A stretch of 64,000 nt of DNA from a virus (lineage: Duplodnaviria; Heunggongvirae; Uroviricota; Caudoviricetes): positions 128,001 to 192,000 of IMG/VR virus record IMGVR_UViG_3300012346_000380; one strand, written 5' to 3'. This document shows positions 1 to 9,972 of this stretch, in pieces. Position numbers and translations under genes: made by a program. A model generated the notes under the pieces. The model was not told where the DNA came from. It saw only the letters and a program-made list of their open reading frames with translations, and did no database searches. How positions within the stretch are numbered: the stretch's first letter is position 1; each line of letters begins with the position of its first letter.

Positions 1-1188
1 TCCTAAAAGTGATTCTGCAACTTGTCTAGTATTTAAACGCTGTACATTTGTTACATTGTCTATTTTATTGACTAAATTCATGTAAATACCCTCGGTTTCT
101 AATTTAGGTTTCATGCCGTCCATTGTAAAAGGAATTCCAGTTTTATCTTTAACTAGAGAAGATGCAGACGTAATAGCTTCCTGTTTTTTCTTCTCTGCCA
201 ATTTTTTCATATCTTCAGTAGCTCTCTTTTTAGCTTCTTCGAATTTACTCAATTTAGGAGACTCAATTATAGGAGCTGGAGCTTGAGCGCCAATAGATGC
301 TACTATAGCATCATCTATAATGCCATTCATTGCAATCATTTCAACAGCAGTTAATCTTTCATAATTAAAAGCTATAATCTGAGAAGCCATTTCTGGAGCA
401 TCATTTTTAAGATCTGTGAAAGAAGTAACACCGGTTTGGATATTCCATTCGCAATTAGTTAATTGGAATGCAAGATATGGTTTTTTATTAGAACCAACTA
501 GATCAACATCAACATCTTTAACTTCTAAAGTTTGCTGGTCTTCTATATTAGGATCTACATTAAAACTACTTACTTTACCAAGTTCAGCGGCCGGCGCTGC
601 AGCACTAGTATTAGTATCATCATTAAAAAGAGGTCTAATATCAGATACGTATATTTTAACAGAAAACTTTCTTAAATTAGGTGGTAAAACATAAGACCAT
701 GTTTCTTCATCGAATGTAGCTTCTCTGTAATTTCTCATTAAACCAGTTATTGCTAAATTAACAGATTCTAAACATCCTAATGCTATTTCATTTCCGTCTT
801 TTCCAATATATGGTTCATTTGTGTCGTATGCTTGTAATTTATCTAGGCCTGACATTGATTGCCAATACCATGGCATATCTTGGTTAATTTTTTGTAAACC
901 TGTTTTAAATGCTATTAGTGCATCTAATTTTCTTTTATATTTTGGATTAACTACTACTAATCTTTTTAAATATGCTTCAGCGCCAGAAGGATCAAACAAA
1001 GGTGAAGATATAATAGCATCGGGTGTTGATGTTCCTGTCGTGTTTGTGCTTAATTTAACATCGTTCCATTGAAATAACAATAAGAAGCCTAAATAAGTAG
1101 GGTCTTGATACGGTAATGCTTTAAGCTTAGTACCTTTTCTAAAAAGTCCTGCTTTTCTAAATGCTTCGTTTTGTATAAAAAATGCCAT
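1..1188 (-). CDS. Phage structural protein, probably baseplate/tail-tube related (3'-truncated by window edge)
   Basis: Absent from the ORF track. ATG at 1188 reads MAFFIQNEAF...YQDPTYLGFLLLF...PWYWQS...LPPNLRKF and appears open to the window edge; lies downstream of baseplate genes. Confidence 0.6.
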   Translation of the reverse strand, partial: MAFFIQNEAFRKAGLFRKGTKLKALPYQDPTYLGFLLLFQWNDVKLSTNTTGTSTPDAIISSPLFDPSGAEAYLKRLVVVNPKYKRKLDALIAFKTGLQKINQDMPWYWQSMSGLDKLQAYDTNEPYIGKDGNEIALGCLESVNLAITGLMRNYREATFDEETWSYVLPPNLRKFSVKIYVSDIRPLFNDDTNTSAAAPAAELGKVSSFNVDPNIEDQQTLEVKDVDVDLVGSNKKPYLAFQLTNCEWNIQTGVTSFTDLKNDAPEMASQIIAFNYERLTAVEMIAMNGIIDDAIVASIGAQAPAPIIESPKLSKFEEAKKRATEDMKKLAEKKKQEAITSASSLVKDKTGIPFTMDGMKPKLETEGIYMNLVNKIDNVTNVQRLNTRQVAESLLG

Positions 1189-1232
1189 TTATCGTTAATC
1201 TTTTTTGTATATATTAAAATTATTAAGTTATC

Positions 1233-2810
1233 TTACTTTTTAGCTGCTGCATCGGCATCTACATTTTCTTTGGTAAGTGCACTTAATTTAGTAGGCCATT
1301 CTCTTCTTAATAGAGTTAATTTTTGCAAAAATGGTTCATCTGCACCTGCAGTATATTCATATCGTATAGTGTCTATTACATAAAAGCCACTTACAAATTC
1401 ATCCAAAACTTGTTTATCTTCCAATGGATCAGTTTTAGATATGTCTTCTTTAATTAACTCTTCACCTAAAGTTTTAAAATTAGCATTTTTTAATTTGTCT
1501 TTAGTATTTTTAGCTGCGAAACCTTCTTGCATTTCTCTTGTAAAAATAAGAATTGGTATTTTCATACCTCTATAAAGACCATGATTTGGCGTTGATAGAG
1601 TTACATTTAATCCCATTTTATAAATCTCAGATTTATTAATATCGTTAATAAGCGATGAAGAATAATAATTTATGTGCGTATTACCATGATTTGGATCTAC
1701 GTCCATTCTGCCGGCATATTGTTGTCTAATCTCATCTTTATAATCTTGTTCACCTCTTCTACCCTTTAGAGGCTCTTCGTTATCTCTCATTTTTTCAGAT
1801 GCAATCGGCTCAATATCAAATGAAACTAATTTTTCATCTGAATCATTTTCAAAATATTGTAATTTTGTTTTGGTTCCTTTAGCAAATGAAATACCGCCTG
1901 CATTGTTTGAAATAGCATATCCACTAATATATTGAGAACTACCTCCAAAATTTAAATGGTTTGATAAAAGCAATTGACTTTTAAATGAATCAATTTCAGG
2001 CACTGAATTGGTAGCATCAGTATAACCTCTATTAAAAACATGCATCAAACTATCTTCAAATTCATTTTTAGAATTAAAAACTTTATTTAAATCTATAAAA
2101 TTAAGATAATAATATGGATCAATAAAACCTGTTTGAAACGATTTATCACTAATATATGAATGTTTGATTAATTTTTGTATGAAATTTAATCTGCTATCAA
2201 ATGGACAAAGTCTAGCCATTTTATCATTGGTTGCATCTATATTAGTTGCATAACCTAATTTTAAAGTACTTGCAATATCCTTTAAATGTTTATCAGTATT
2301 ATCACTTGGATAACCAACACTTTCATGCACATTTAATCCAGGCACTTTTAAAATGCCTGTCATGTGAAATGATCTTATAAGTAATGGATCTGCCATTGGA
2401 TCTTTTTCACTATTAAAAACATTAGTGATCAAAAAATCAGCTCTAATATCTTTAAAAGTTTTATCTTGTCTTGATGCTATTCTAACGCTAATTACATCAC
2501 CATCTCTTGGCAATGCATCGGCTGAAAATGTATGATCTGCATCTAAAAATGAAATACGAACCATTGGAATAAAACCAGATAAATCCAAACTAAATGAATC
2601 GATATTAATATCTCTAATGATAATATTATTGATTTTTACAAATGGAATCCATGAACCTATCTGCTTAGAGTTTTCACTTCTATCGCCGGCCTCTTCATTT
2701 AGCGAATCTATCTTAATCTCATCTAATTTAATAGTTGGTTCTAAGATAGCTAAAATATGTCTATTAAGACTTGTAGATCCAGTTGGCGTATTTTGATTTG
2801 CGTCTGCCAT
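1233..2810 (-). CDS. Putative baseplate hub protein (gp27/VgrG-like)
   Basis: 525 aa; C-terminal SGFYVIDTIRYEY...LLRREW is typical of hub proteins; next to gp53-like gene. Confidence 0.55.
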   Translation of the reverse strand: MADANQNTPTGSTSLNRHILAILEPTIKLDEIKIDSLNEEAGDRSENSKQIGSWIPFVKINNIIIRDINIDSFSLDLSGFIPMVRISFLDADHTFSADALPRDGDVISVRIASRQDKTFKDIRADFLITNVFNSEKDPMADPLLIRSFHMTGILKVPGLNVHESVGYPSDNTDKHLKDIASTLKLGYATNIDATNDKMARLCPFDSRLNFIQKLIKHSYISDKSFQTGFIDPYYYLNFIDLNKVFNSKNEFEDSLMHVFNRGYTDATNSVPEIDSFKSQLLLSNHLNFGGSSQYISGYAISNNAGGISFAKGTKTKLQYFENDSDEKLVSFDIEPIASEKMRDNEEPLKGRRGEQDYKDEIRQQYAGRMDVDPNHGNTHINYYSSSLINDINKSEIYKMGLNVTLSTPNHGLYRGMKIPILIFTREMQEGFAAKNTKDKLKNANFKTLGEELIKEDISKTDPLEDKQVLDEFVSGFYVIDTIRYEYTAGADEPFLQKLTLLRREWPTKLSALTKENVDADAAAKK

Positions 2811-2814
2811 AAAA

Positions 2815-3336
2815 TTATTTAGTTAAATCTATTGTACCATTAAGTTTAATGACACCATCTTTAATGGTAACATTTGCTCCTCCTGTTTTTAATACGTTCG
2901 GCGGTAATATTTCGCTTGCACCGTTTGGATATTGAGCAGCTTTTCTTTTCAAATATTCTATTCGTTTTTGATCTTCTATAGGTAAACGTTTGGTTTTTAA
3001 GAATTTATCTCTAATCACGTCTCCATCTTCTTCAGTTAATTTATCAACAGGCTTTTTAAAGTTAATTAAACCAGATTTTATAGATGGTATTAATAAAATA
3101 TCACCTTCACCGATTGTAAATGGATTTGAGATGTTGTTATATTTCAATAAATAATCTGCATAACTAGCATCCCCATAGTATCTTTTAGCTAAAAGATCTA
3201 TTCTACACGCATATTCTTTACCAACTATTATTTTATCTATGATTTCTGTGCTAGAAGACGAAAATAATAAAGTAGGTTCTGTCATTGCAACAACGCCATC
3301 AATTATTTTTTTATTTTCAAAGGTTTTTAAATTCAT
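2815..3336 (-). CDS. Baseplate wedge protein, T4 gp53-like (LysM-like)
   Basis: RIDLLAKRYYGD...LLKYNNISNPF...GDILLIP motif. Confidence 0.7.
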   Translation of the reverse strand: MNLKTFENKKIIDGVVAMTEPTLLFSSSSTEIIDKIIVGKEYACRIDLLAKRYYGDASYADYLLKYNNISNPFTIGEGDILLIPSIKSGLINFKKPVDKLTEEDGDVIRDKFLKTKRLPIEDQKRIEYLKRKAAQYPNGASEILPPNVLKTGGANVTIKDGVIKLNGTIDLTK

Positions 3337-5078
3337 TATCCGTTAGCTAATTTTTTGTATTCGTCAAATTCCGCCTCAGTCATTTGTATACTTGATTTAG
3401 ATGCATATAAATTAGGGGCTGAAGTATGTGTTCCATCACCTTTAGCAGTTCCCGCTATTTTTTCTTTATTAATATCTGGACCACCCTTTGGTGTTATATA
3501 GAATCTACCTTTACCTGAATTAAACATCGATTCAATTTCAGATTTATCTCTAGGTCTACCTGGTTTTAAAGTAATTGAAATTTCTAAATTTTCTGGAAAA
3601 TCTAAAGGTCCTAAAGGTCCTGTAAATTTTACTTCAGTCTTTTCGCATATTAAATTACCAATAACTGCGATAGGATTTAAAGGATTTCCAATAGTAACAT
3701 GCCAAGAACCGGTAGCTTCACCTGTTAAAAGAGCATTTGCAATTTGACCGCCTTGCGGTGTATTAAATAAATCCATCAAAGCACCTCCTAATAAATTATT
3801 AGCAGTTTTACCTAATAAATTTGTAATTCCCGCCATTGTTCCTCCTCCGGATAAACCCTTTAAATCACCTAAAACAGATTTAAAAAATCCACCATAATCT
3901 CCATTTTGTAATTTACTTATATCGCCTAAAGGTCTTCCTATAGATCCTTGACCTGAATTTAAATATCTAACTTCTCCACCCCAAAATGGTGCATTAGAAT
4001 ATGTTAATGCTAACATATTTGCAAATTGATCTAAAAATAAAGCCTTTGGATTTGTATCACCTATAGCTCTCATCTCATATTGAAAATTAAGCGTAAATGA
4101 TTGATTGAATTCCATACCGCCGTCTCTAACATTCATAGATCTAATAGAATTATATGGACCAAATACGTGGTTTGGATATGTTTCTTTAAAAGCATCATAA
4201 CCTGAACCTTGTGATTCTATTCTTCTTTTACCAGCGGCATCAACGCCATTAGCTGTTGCATTCAATGCACTTAATATTGTACTATTATCTATGAATGAAC
4301 CTAATTTACCTCTTCTAGCTTGATTTTGAGAATCTAAAGTTTGAACATCAGCTTCTACGGTTTTCCATTTATAATTGTAATCAAATTTTAATATTTCATC
4401 TAATTTATTACCAGTAACTTCTGACATCCACGTGATAGCTCTAGCAACGTCCGGTTGAGGTACGTCTTTAAGTTTACCATCTTTACCTGACATTTGCAAA
4501 TTCATAATATCATCACCAACTGGAAATGAAAATCTACGTAAAGTAATCATGTGATTATTTGGAATTTTACCTAAGTATTTACAAAGAGCAAAATCAGACC
4601 ATTCATATTTGTAACTTTTACCTGGGCCAGCATTACATCTTTCAATTATCTTTGATACAGTTGGGTTTTCGTATACACTACTATCACCAAAATCTACAGT
4701 ATTGTATGAATCTTCTGTAGTGTCTTTGAACGGAGTTCCATTAAATCTAAATAATGCAAAATTATTAAAAATAGATTGCTGTGTAGATTTACCATGAACA
4801 GTTTCGTTAGTGTCTTTTGTAGTATATGAAGTAGATAAAGCTTTATTGTTGTATAATTTAAGACCTTGTATATCTTCGCTAGGTTTTAGTTCATTTATTG
4901 GTGTTGCTAATGTTTGATCAGGAGAAATAACATCTTCATCTGCAATAGGCGGCGTTCCAAGTAAATCTTTTTTAGAAGCGTCTATCTTAGCTTGACTACC
5001 AGTCTTAAGGTTTACTTTAGCTTTTTTTGCTAATTCTGCATCTTTCGCTGCTTTAATCTGTTCTTTAGTTAATTCCAT
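3336..5078 (-). CDS. Putative baseplate/tail-tube-fold structural protein
   Basis: 580 aa; WHVTIGNPLNPIAVIGNL...FPENLEISITLKPGRPRD; late-promoter motif upstream. Confidence 0.5.
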   Translation of the reverse strand: MELTKEQIKAAKDAELAKKAKVNLKTGSQAKIDASKKDLLGTPPIADEDVISPDQTLATPINELKPSEDIQGLKLYNNKALSTSYTTKDTNETVHGKSTQQSIFNNFALFRFNGTPFKDTTEDSYNTVDFGDSSVYENPTVSKIIERCNAGPGKSYKYEWSDFALCKYLGKIPNNHMITLRRFSFPVGDDIMNLQMSGKDGKLKDVPQPDVARAITWMSEVTGNKLDEILKFDYNYKWKTVEADVQTLDSQNQARRGKLGSFIDNSTILSALNATANGVDAAGKRRIESQGSGYDAFKETYPNHVFGPYNSIRSMNVRDGGMEFNQSFTLNFQYEMRAIGDTNPKALFLDQFANMLALTYSNAPFWGGEVRYLNSGQGSIGRPLGDISKLQNGDYGGFFKSVLGDLKGLSGGGTMAGITNLLGKTANNLLGGALMDLFNTPQGGQIANALLTGEATGSWHVTIGNPLNPIAVIGNLICEKTEVKFTGPLGPLDFPENLEISITLKPGRPRDKSEIESMFNSGKGRFYITPKGGPDINKEKIAGTAKGDGTHTSAPNLYASKSSIQMTEAEFDEYKKLANG

Positions 5079-5119
5079 ATTAAATTATATATGTTAAGTG
5101 CCTAATCGGCCTTATTACA

Positions 5120-5127
5120 TATATATC
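5120..5127 (-). promoter_or_regulatory. Late promoter motif GATA[TA]ATA (also at 8952, 9651, 17905, 20676, 23715, 26442, 33226, 33925, 53392, 59375, 59758, 61740)
   Basis: Recurs shortly upstream of structural and head-cargo genes; resembles the T4 late promoter TATAAATA. Confidence 0.65.
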
Positions 5128-5137
5128 TTATTTAATA

Positions 5138-5725
5138 TTATTCTATGTTGTCTAATTCTTTATTATCAGCTCTATACAATAATTTATCGAAATAATCTTT
5201 TTCTGGTTTAACTCTATCAGCTAAGAATTTTTTAAGTGAGGCTTCGAATTCTCCACGAGCGTGGTAGTAGTATTGTCCCTTTGAATAAAAGGAGCGACTG
5301 GTTAGATCCCATAAATCTTTGATATTCTTCTCAACGAAGTGATCTTGAAGTGAGTTAAAGAGCTCTTTCAATTCACCTTGCGTCTTTACGCAATATACTG
5401 AATCTACTGCAATCATATAGCTTTCCCATTTTTCAGTGAACACTCGTTCTAGATCTTGTATTGTAGGATAAAGTGATCGCTTAAGATTGATCTTAGTTTG
5501 TTTAGCATCAAAGTCACGCTTGAACGTAAGACCAAAGAAATATCTTTTTAAGAATGCAACATCATCATAAAACTTACTTATTTTAAGTTGATATTGTGGC
5601 ATATCTGTATCAAACTTCACATCGTATATGACAGCTTGTACTGGGAATAAAACATTAGGGTATCTAAAATTAGAAAGTAAGGCGTATACTGTTTCGCCTT
5701 TTGAAAATAAACGATGACGTATCAT
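5138..5725 (-). CDS. Hypothetical protein
   Basis: 195 aa ORF in a tightly packed operon. Confidence 0.6.
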   Translation of the reverse strand: MIRHRLFSKGETVYALLSNFRYPNVLFPVQAVIYDVKFDTDMPQYQLKISKFYDDVAFLKRYFFGLTFKRDFDAKQTKINLKRSLYPTIQDLERVFTEKWESYMIAVDSVYCVKTQGELKELFNSLQDHFVEKNIKDLWDLTSRSFYSKGQYYYHARGEFEASLKKFLADRVKPEKDYFDKLLYRADNKELDNIE

Positions 5726-6123
5726 ACTTTTTCAATGAATTTAACAGAATCGAATTTAGATAGAACAGTTTTTCCAGGATAATCGTCTCTGTTAATAATG
5801 AATAGAGAAATGCTCATTTCATTTTCTTCTATTTCATATATTGAACAAAACATATCAGAAACTGTTTCGATGGTTTCTGCGTTTAGATTTTTAATTACGT
5901 AAAGTAATTTAGATTTGTTATTATTTTTGGCATCTTGAATACCTTTAACTAAATGTAATCCTATGATCGTGTCTGGTGGTTGAATTCCATCAGGATCAGA
6001 TTTTGACAACTTAACATTGATCGCATAGTAATCTATTACAGATTCGTAAGCATCCGCTGTTTTTAAAAATTTGACAAAATCTCTTCTGTTTGAACACCAA
6101 ACACAATCTATGATTAATTTCAT
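5722..6123 (-). CDS. Hypothetical protein
   Basis: 133 aa; ATGA overlap with the next gene. Confidence 0.6.
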   Translation of the reverse strand: MKLIIDCVWCSNRRDFVKFLKTADAYESVIDYYAINVKLSKSDPDGIQPPDTIIGLHLVKGIQDAKNNNKSKLLYVIKNLNAETIETVSDMFCSIYEIEENEMSISLFIINRDDYPGKTVLSKFDSVKFIEKV

Positions 6124-6441
6124 TTATAACATCTCTTCGAAGTGTTTAAGATCACTTTTAAGTGTCTTAATCTTTTCTTCGATTTCAGTTTTTGAAGGCT
6201 GATATTCATCACCCCAGTCCACTGATATTTTTATTTGGTTTTTATCTTTAGAGTTACCAAGCTCTAGACCTGAATCTAAGATTAAATCATTGATGAAATT
6301 AATCTTAGATTCAGTAGCATTAGAACTTTCAAAATCATATACAGTAACAGAAGTATACACTTCTCCTGCTGCATTGATGTTATCATCTTCGACTATCTTG
6401 ATAATACCATTATCTGCTAGTTCTAATCTTATGTTTTGCAT
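6124..6441 (-). CDS. Hypothetical protein
   Basis: 105 aa; abuts neighbouring genes. Confidence 0.6.
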   Translation of the reverse strand: MQNIRLELADNGIIKIVEDDNINAAGEVYTSVTVYDFESSNATESKINFINDLILDSGLELGNSKDKNQIKISVDWGDEYQPSKTEIEEKIKTLKSDLKHFEEML

Positions 6442-6824
6442 TATGCTCTAGATAGTTTTAATTTGTAAGCTTCTTTTTCTAATCTCTTAGCCTGCTTTCT
6501 GTCAGCTGTAAATGTTTCTCTGTTTTTAACATTTCTCAATGAGAATGCTTCTTCTAACATTTTGATTTCAGCGTCGTTATAACCTAATTCTGTCCAAGTT
6601 TCTTTAGACTTATTAAGTACCGTTTGTAATTTCTCTTCGATTTGAGTTTCTACCATTCTAGTATGCGCTTCGTGAATTTGTTTACCTTCTTCTCTAGTTT
6701 TAGCATACCAATTAGCCATCACTGGTCCTAATGGATTATAATCATTTTTGATTCTTAAGAATCCAGCTCTACGATACATTTCGCGTCTTTGGCGTCTACT
6801 GAAAGATGTTGTTTTTTTAGCCAT
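6441..6824 (-). CDS. Hypothetical basic protein
   Basis: 127 aa; Arg-rich N-terminus. Confidence 0.6.
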   Translation of the reverse strand: MAKKTTSFSRRQRREMYRRAGFLRIKNDYNPLGPVMANWYAKTREEGKQIHEAHTRMVETQIEEKLQTVLNKSKETWTELGYNDAEIKMLEEAFSLRNVKNRETFTADRKQAKRLEKEAYKLKLSRA

Positions 6825-7392
6825 TGTAATAATTGTTTATGTAAGTATTTAATTGTTCTTTTAAGTATTCCTTTAGACTATCTATTTCAATTTTGGAGGC
6901 TACTGATTCCGTGATAGTGTCTATTAATTCGTCTCGCTCTTCATCTGAGTTCTCTAATAAAATAGCAAAGACTTCTTTTTTAGGTAGATTAATTCCTAAA
7001 CTAAAATCTACAGTTTCCACATTCTTCTGAGATAGTTTGGCAATTAGAGATTGAAGTGGCGTTTCTGTAGGGATTGGTTGGGAAATTTGCTGGGGGATTT
7101 GCTGGGAAATTTGCGTGGGAGATTTATCTTCATACACATTTTCCGCTATAATACTGGTTCTAGAATTAACCTTAGACCCATTTCCTAAAGGCTTAGCATC
7201 TGGTAGAGGCATATCACCGTCTAATGATTCTAATAAGAATTCCTTAGCAACGGTCTTATAAATCTGAGAGCCGTCTGTGAAATATAAAAATTCACTATCC
7301 TCTTCCTTTAAGGTTACTACTTTTCCGAATGAATCCCCTTTGATCCATTGGAATACCCTTGTTTTTTCTAAATGTTCTGTATTATTACTCAT
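6817..7392 (-). CDS. Hypothetical protein
   Basis: Start moved to MSNNTEHL to avoid overlap with the upstream gene. Confidence 0.6.
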   Translation of the reverse strand: MSNNTEHLEKTRVFQWIKGDSFGKVVTLKEEDSEFLYFTDGSQIYKTVAKEFLLESLDGDMPLPDAKPLGNGSKVNSRTSIIAENVYEDKSPTQISQQIPQQISQPIPTETPLQSLIAKLSQKNVETVDFSLGINLPKKEVFAILLENSDEERDELIDTITESVASKIEIDSLKEYLKEQLNTYINNYYNG

Positions 7393-7402
7393 AATTGTCT
7401 GA

Positions 7403-7627
7403 TTACGCTTCTTGTGTCTCAGAGATGCTATGAAATTCAATATTTGTTTCATTATACTTCTCCATAAATTTATCTATAAATCGTTCTGATTCCTTTGTCT
7501 TATCTGAACCCATCCAACAGTCTACTCTCTTAAGGTACATATTGTAAAAATACTGAGAGCCTTCTTTGGCTAGTTTGTCTTTTAGTACTGTAACGTCCTC
7601 TGGATAATGTCTTACATTAAATCCCAT
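7403..7627 (-). CDS. Hypothetical protein
   Basis: 74 aa ORF, co-oriented with neighbours. Confidence 0.55.
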   Translation of the reverse strand: MGFNVRHYPEDVTVLKDKLAKEGSQYFYNMYLKRVDCWMGSDKTKESERFIDKFMEKYNETNIEFHSISETQEA

Positions 7628-7651
7628 ACTCTAGTTATTTATATAAATTAA

Positions 7652-8092
7652 TTAATCATTGTTCCAGACAATCACTTGATTGACCTCAATACCCGCGCGC
7701 TGTAATAACATAATACCTGACATGTCGCGATAGTCTTCACAATAATAAACTTCCTTTACCCCGGCTTGAATAATTAATTTAGCGCAATCAAAACAAGGCA
7801 GTGTAGTAGTGTAAAGAATAGTGTCTTTAGAAGTCAAGGTAGATTTTGCTAACTTAGTTAGCGCATTTGATTCAGCGTGTAGGACTTCTCTTTTAGTAGT
7901 GCATTCGCAACCATCATGTGAATACGTTTCACATTCATTGTCAAATCCATGAGGTGTTCCATTATAGCCAAATGAAACGATCTGTTCGTCTTTGACAATT
8001 ACACATCCGACCTTACGTCTTTCTGCATAAGATAGTTTAGCCACTTGATAGGCTATTTGCATGTATATCTTGTCTATTGGAATTCTAGGCAT
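7652..8092 (-). CDS. dCMP deaminase
   Basis: GYNG, HAE and PCFDC zinc-deaminase motifs. Confidence 0.93.
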   Translation of the reverse strand: MPRIPIDKIYMQIAYQVAKLSYAERRKVGCVIVKDEQIVSFGYNGTPHGFDNECETYSHDGCECTTKREVLHAESNALTKLAKSTLTSKDTILYTTTLPCFDCAKLIIQAGVKEVYYCEDYRDMSGIMLLQRAGIEVNQVIVWNND

Positions 8093-8140
8093 ATTTTAAA
8101 TCTTATTAGTTATTTATACTAATTTCCTGGGATTTGTTTA

Positions 8141-8172
8141 CAAAAAGAAAGGAGACCAATTGGTCTCCTTTC
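8141..8172 (-). terminator. Intrinsic terminator
   Basis: GAAAGGAGACC-AATT-GGTCTCCTTTC hairpin plus T-tract on the minus strand. Confidence 0.8.
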
Positions 8173-8197
8173 AAATATAAGATGATACGCTTATATA

Positions 8198-8917
8198 TTA
8201 TTGGTTAGCTGCTTCTTCTTCTCTTTCTCCTGGAGTCATATTAGAATCTTTAGCCTCATCAACTTTCTTACAAAAAGCCTCTTTGATTTGGTTACATGCA
8301 GCTTCGTATGCTTCTAATGCATAGTCTTCTCTCATTTCTTTTAAAGTATTAGCAGCGAATGCACCAACTAATGCAGCATTTTCAGTCATGTACGTTTCAA
8401 TAGTGTGTTCGTCATGCTCATCATTTGCCCAAGCAGCAGCTTCTTCTTTCATCATGCCATAACACTCTTTAAGAATTTCACTTACTGGTCTTTTAGGTTC
8501 GTCTTTACTTTTTTTTTCAGCGTCTTCAGCTTCTTCCTCCGCCGGAGTTTCTTCAGCTTCTTCTTTTTCTTCAGCCTCAGATACTTCTTTACCGATATCT
8601 TCACCTTCAGCTTGATCTTTTAAATCTTTGTTTACTTCAGCTGAATCGTCTTCTGCTCTATCTTCAGCTTTAGCGTATTTTTTACCATCAGCATCAATAA
8701 CTTCTGGAGTTTTGTCATTTAAGTCATTTTTTAACTCATCTGCTTCAGTTCCTGTTACGTCATTAGCTTCGTTAGCTTCTTGTTCTGGTGATTGTACTTT
8801 GTCTGCATCCTCTGGCGATTCCTCTTCTGGAGTACCTAAGTCTACGATTTCTTTTTCAATTTCTTCAGCTCTGTCCATTTCTGAAACATACTGTTCGAAT
8901 GTTTTTAATTTTGCCAT
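8198..8917 (-). CDS. Acidic putative internal head/scaffold protein with capsid-targeting-like N-terminus
   Basis: MAKLKTFEQYVSE; very Glu/Asp-rich; late motif at 8952-8959. Confidence 0.55.
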   Translation of the reverse strand: MAKLKTFEQYVSEMDRAEEIEKEIVDLGTPEEESPEDADKVQSPEQEANEANDVTGTEADELKNDLNDKTPEVIDADGKKYAKAEDRAEDDSAEVNKDLKDQAEGEDIGKEVSEAEEKEEAEETPAEEEAEDAEKKSKDEPKRPVSEILKECYGMMKEEAAAWANDEHDEHTIETYMTENAALVGAFAANTLKEMREDYALEAYEAACNQIKEAFCKKVDEAKDSNMTPGEREEEAANQ

Positions 8918-8950
8918 GATAATGATATTATTTTATTATGTTTTTAAAGA

Positions 8951-9643
8951 TTATATATCTAATTTTTTTAGTGATTCGTTAATAATTAGAAATTCGTTAA
9001 AAGTTAAGCCTTCTGTTACGTATCTCATTTTTAATTTATTTACAATATCTGCGATAGACAACATTTGAATTTTAAGATCATTTTTCTTAATGTTCAATTC
9101 TGCTATTTGAATTTTCCAAACATCAGCTTTTTTACTCTTTAGATCAGTTACTTTTTGTCTAAGCTCTCCAGTTTTTTGTCTGGCTTCTCCGAGTTTTTGT
9201 AATAACTCGCTGGATTGCATTTGTAAGTCTCTTAATTTGCCTTCATATAAAAAATCAAGTGAATATAAGTAAGACTCACAAGTATCAAGCCATTCAGATA
9301 CTTCTTTTTCTTTATTTATTTTGTCCATGGTTTCCATAGCCCAGTCGACACCTTCGTCTCCACCCCAAATAAGCCAAGCTACATAGCCTCTATCTTTCCA
9401 AGGTTCGTCTTTAAATTCTGGTGCAATCTTTGAATTTTTTCTGTGTCTGTTAAATTGAGCCATTCTGGAAACAACATCTTCAGATAAAGATTCTCCTTTG
9501 GCTAATTGATGGGCTCTTTGCCAACCAACTTCAGTACCCGCAGTTACAACATCGCGACCGTATTTTTCTTTCCAGTCAATTGCTTTTTGTGCATTTGCGG
9601 TTGCGGCTTTCGGATAATCATTATATGTTTGTTCTTTGCTCAT
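8951..9643 (-). CDS. Conserved phage domain protein (..AWLIWGGD..) with coiled-coil C-terminus
   Basis: GTEVGWQRAHQLA...YVAWLIWGGDEGVDWA; late motif at 9651-9658. Confidence 0.55.
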   Translation of the reverse strand: MSKEQTYNDYPKAATANAQKAIDWKEKYGRDVVTAGTEVGWQRAHQLAKGESLSEDVVSRMAQFNRHRKNSKIAPEFKDEPWKDRGYVAWLIWGGDEGVDWAMETMDKINKEKEVSEWLDTCESYLYSLDFLYEGKLRDLQMQSSELLQKLGEARQKTGELRQKVTDLKSKKADVWKIQIAELNIKKNDLKIQMLSIADIVNKLKMRYVTEGLTFNEFLIINESLKKLDI

Positions 9644-9693
9644 ATTAGATTATATATCTACGTAAAAAAAGAGGACTTTGTCCTCTTTTAATT

Positions 9694-9957
9694 TTAGTTT
9701 TCTGACTGTTTAGGCGCTTCGTTCTCACCGCTATACGTAGTTTCTTCTACTTCTTCTACTTTAAAAATAGAATTCAACGTTTTTAATAAACCATCAGCTT
9801 CATCAACCGATCTAACCAATTTATCAATCTCGTCGATGATTTGAGGATGTTCGCCAATTCCAACAGAATTTGACATATAAACTTCGATAGTAGCCAAAGC
9901 TTCTAATCTTTGTGCAGTGTAGCGTGCTTTTAACGCCTTTAATTTAAGTTCTGACAT
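9694..9957 (-). CDS. Small conserved T4-like phage protein
   Basis: VGIGEHPQII motif. Confidence 0.6.
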   Translation of the reverse strand: MSELKLKALKARYTAQRLEALATIEVYMSNSVGIGEHPQIIDEIDKLVRSVDEADGLLKTLNSIFKVEEVEETTYSGENEAPKQSEN

Positions 9958-9972
9958 ATTGTTTTTATCTTT

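Noticed and set aside
416-1383. Plus-strand ORFs in the track
   Set aside because: Antisense shadows of the minus-strand structural genes, as are most plus-strand ORFs outside 23752-24345 and 42.5-48.4 kb
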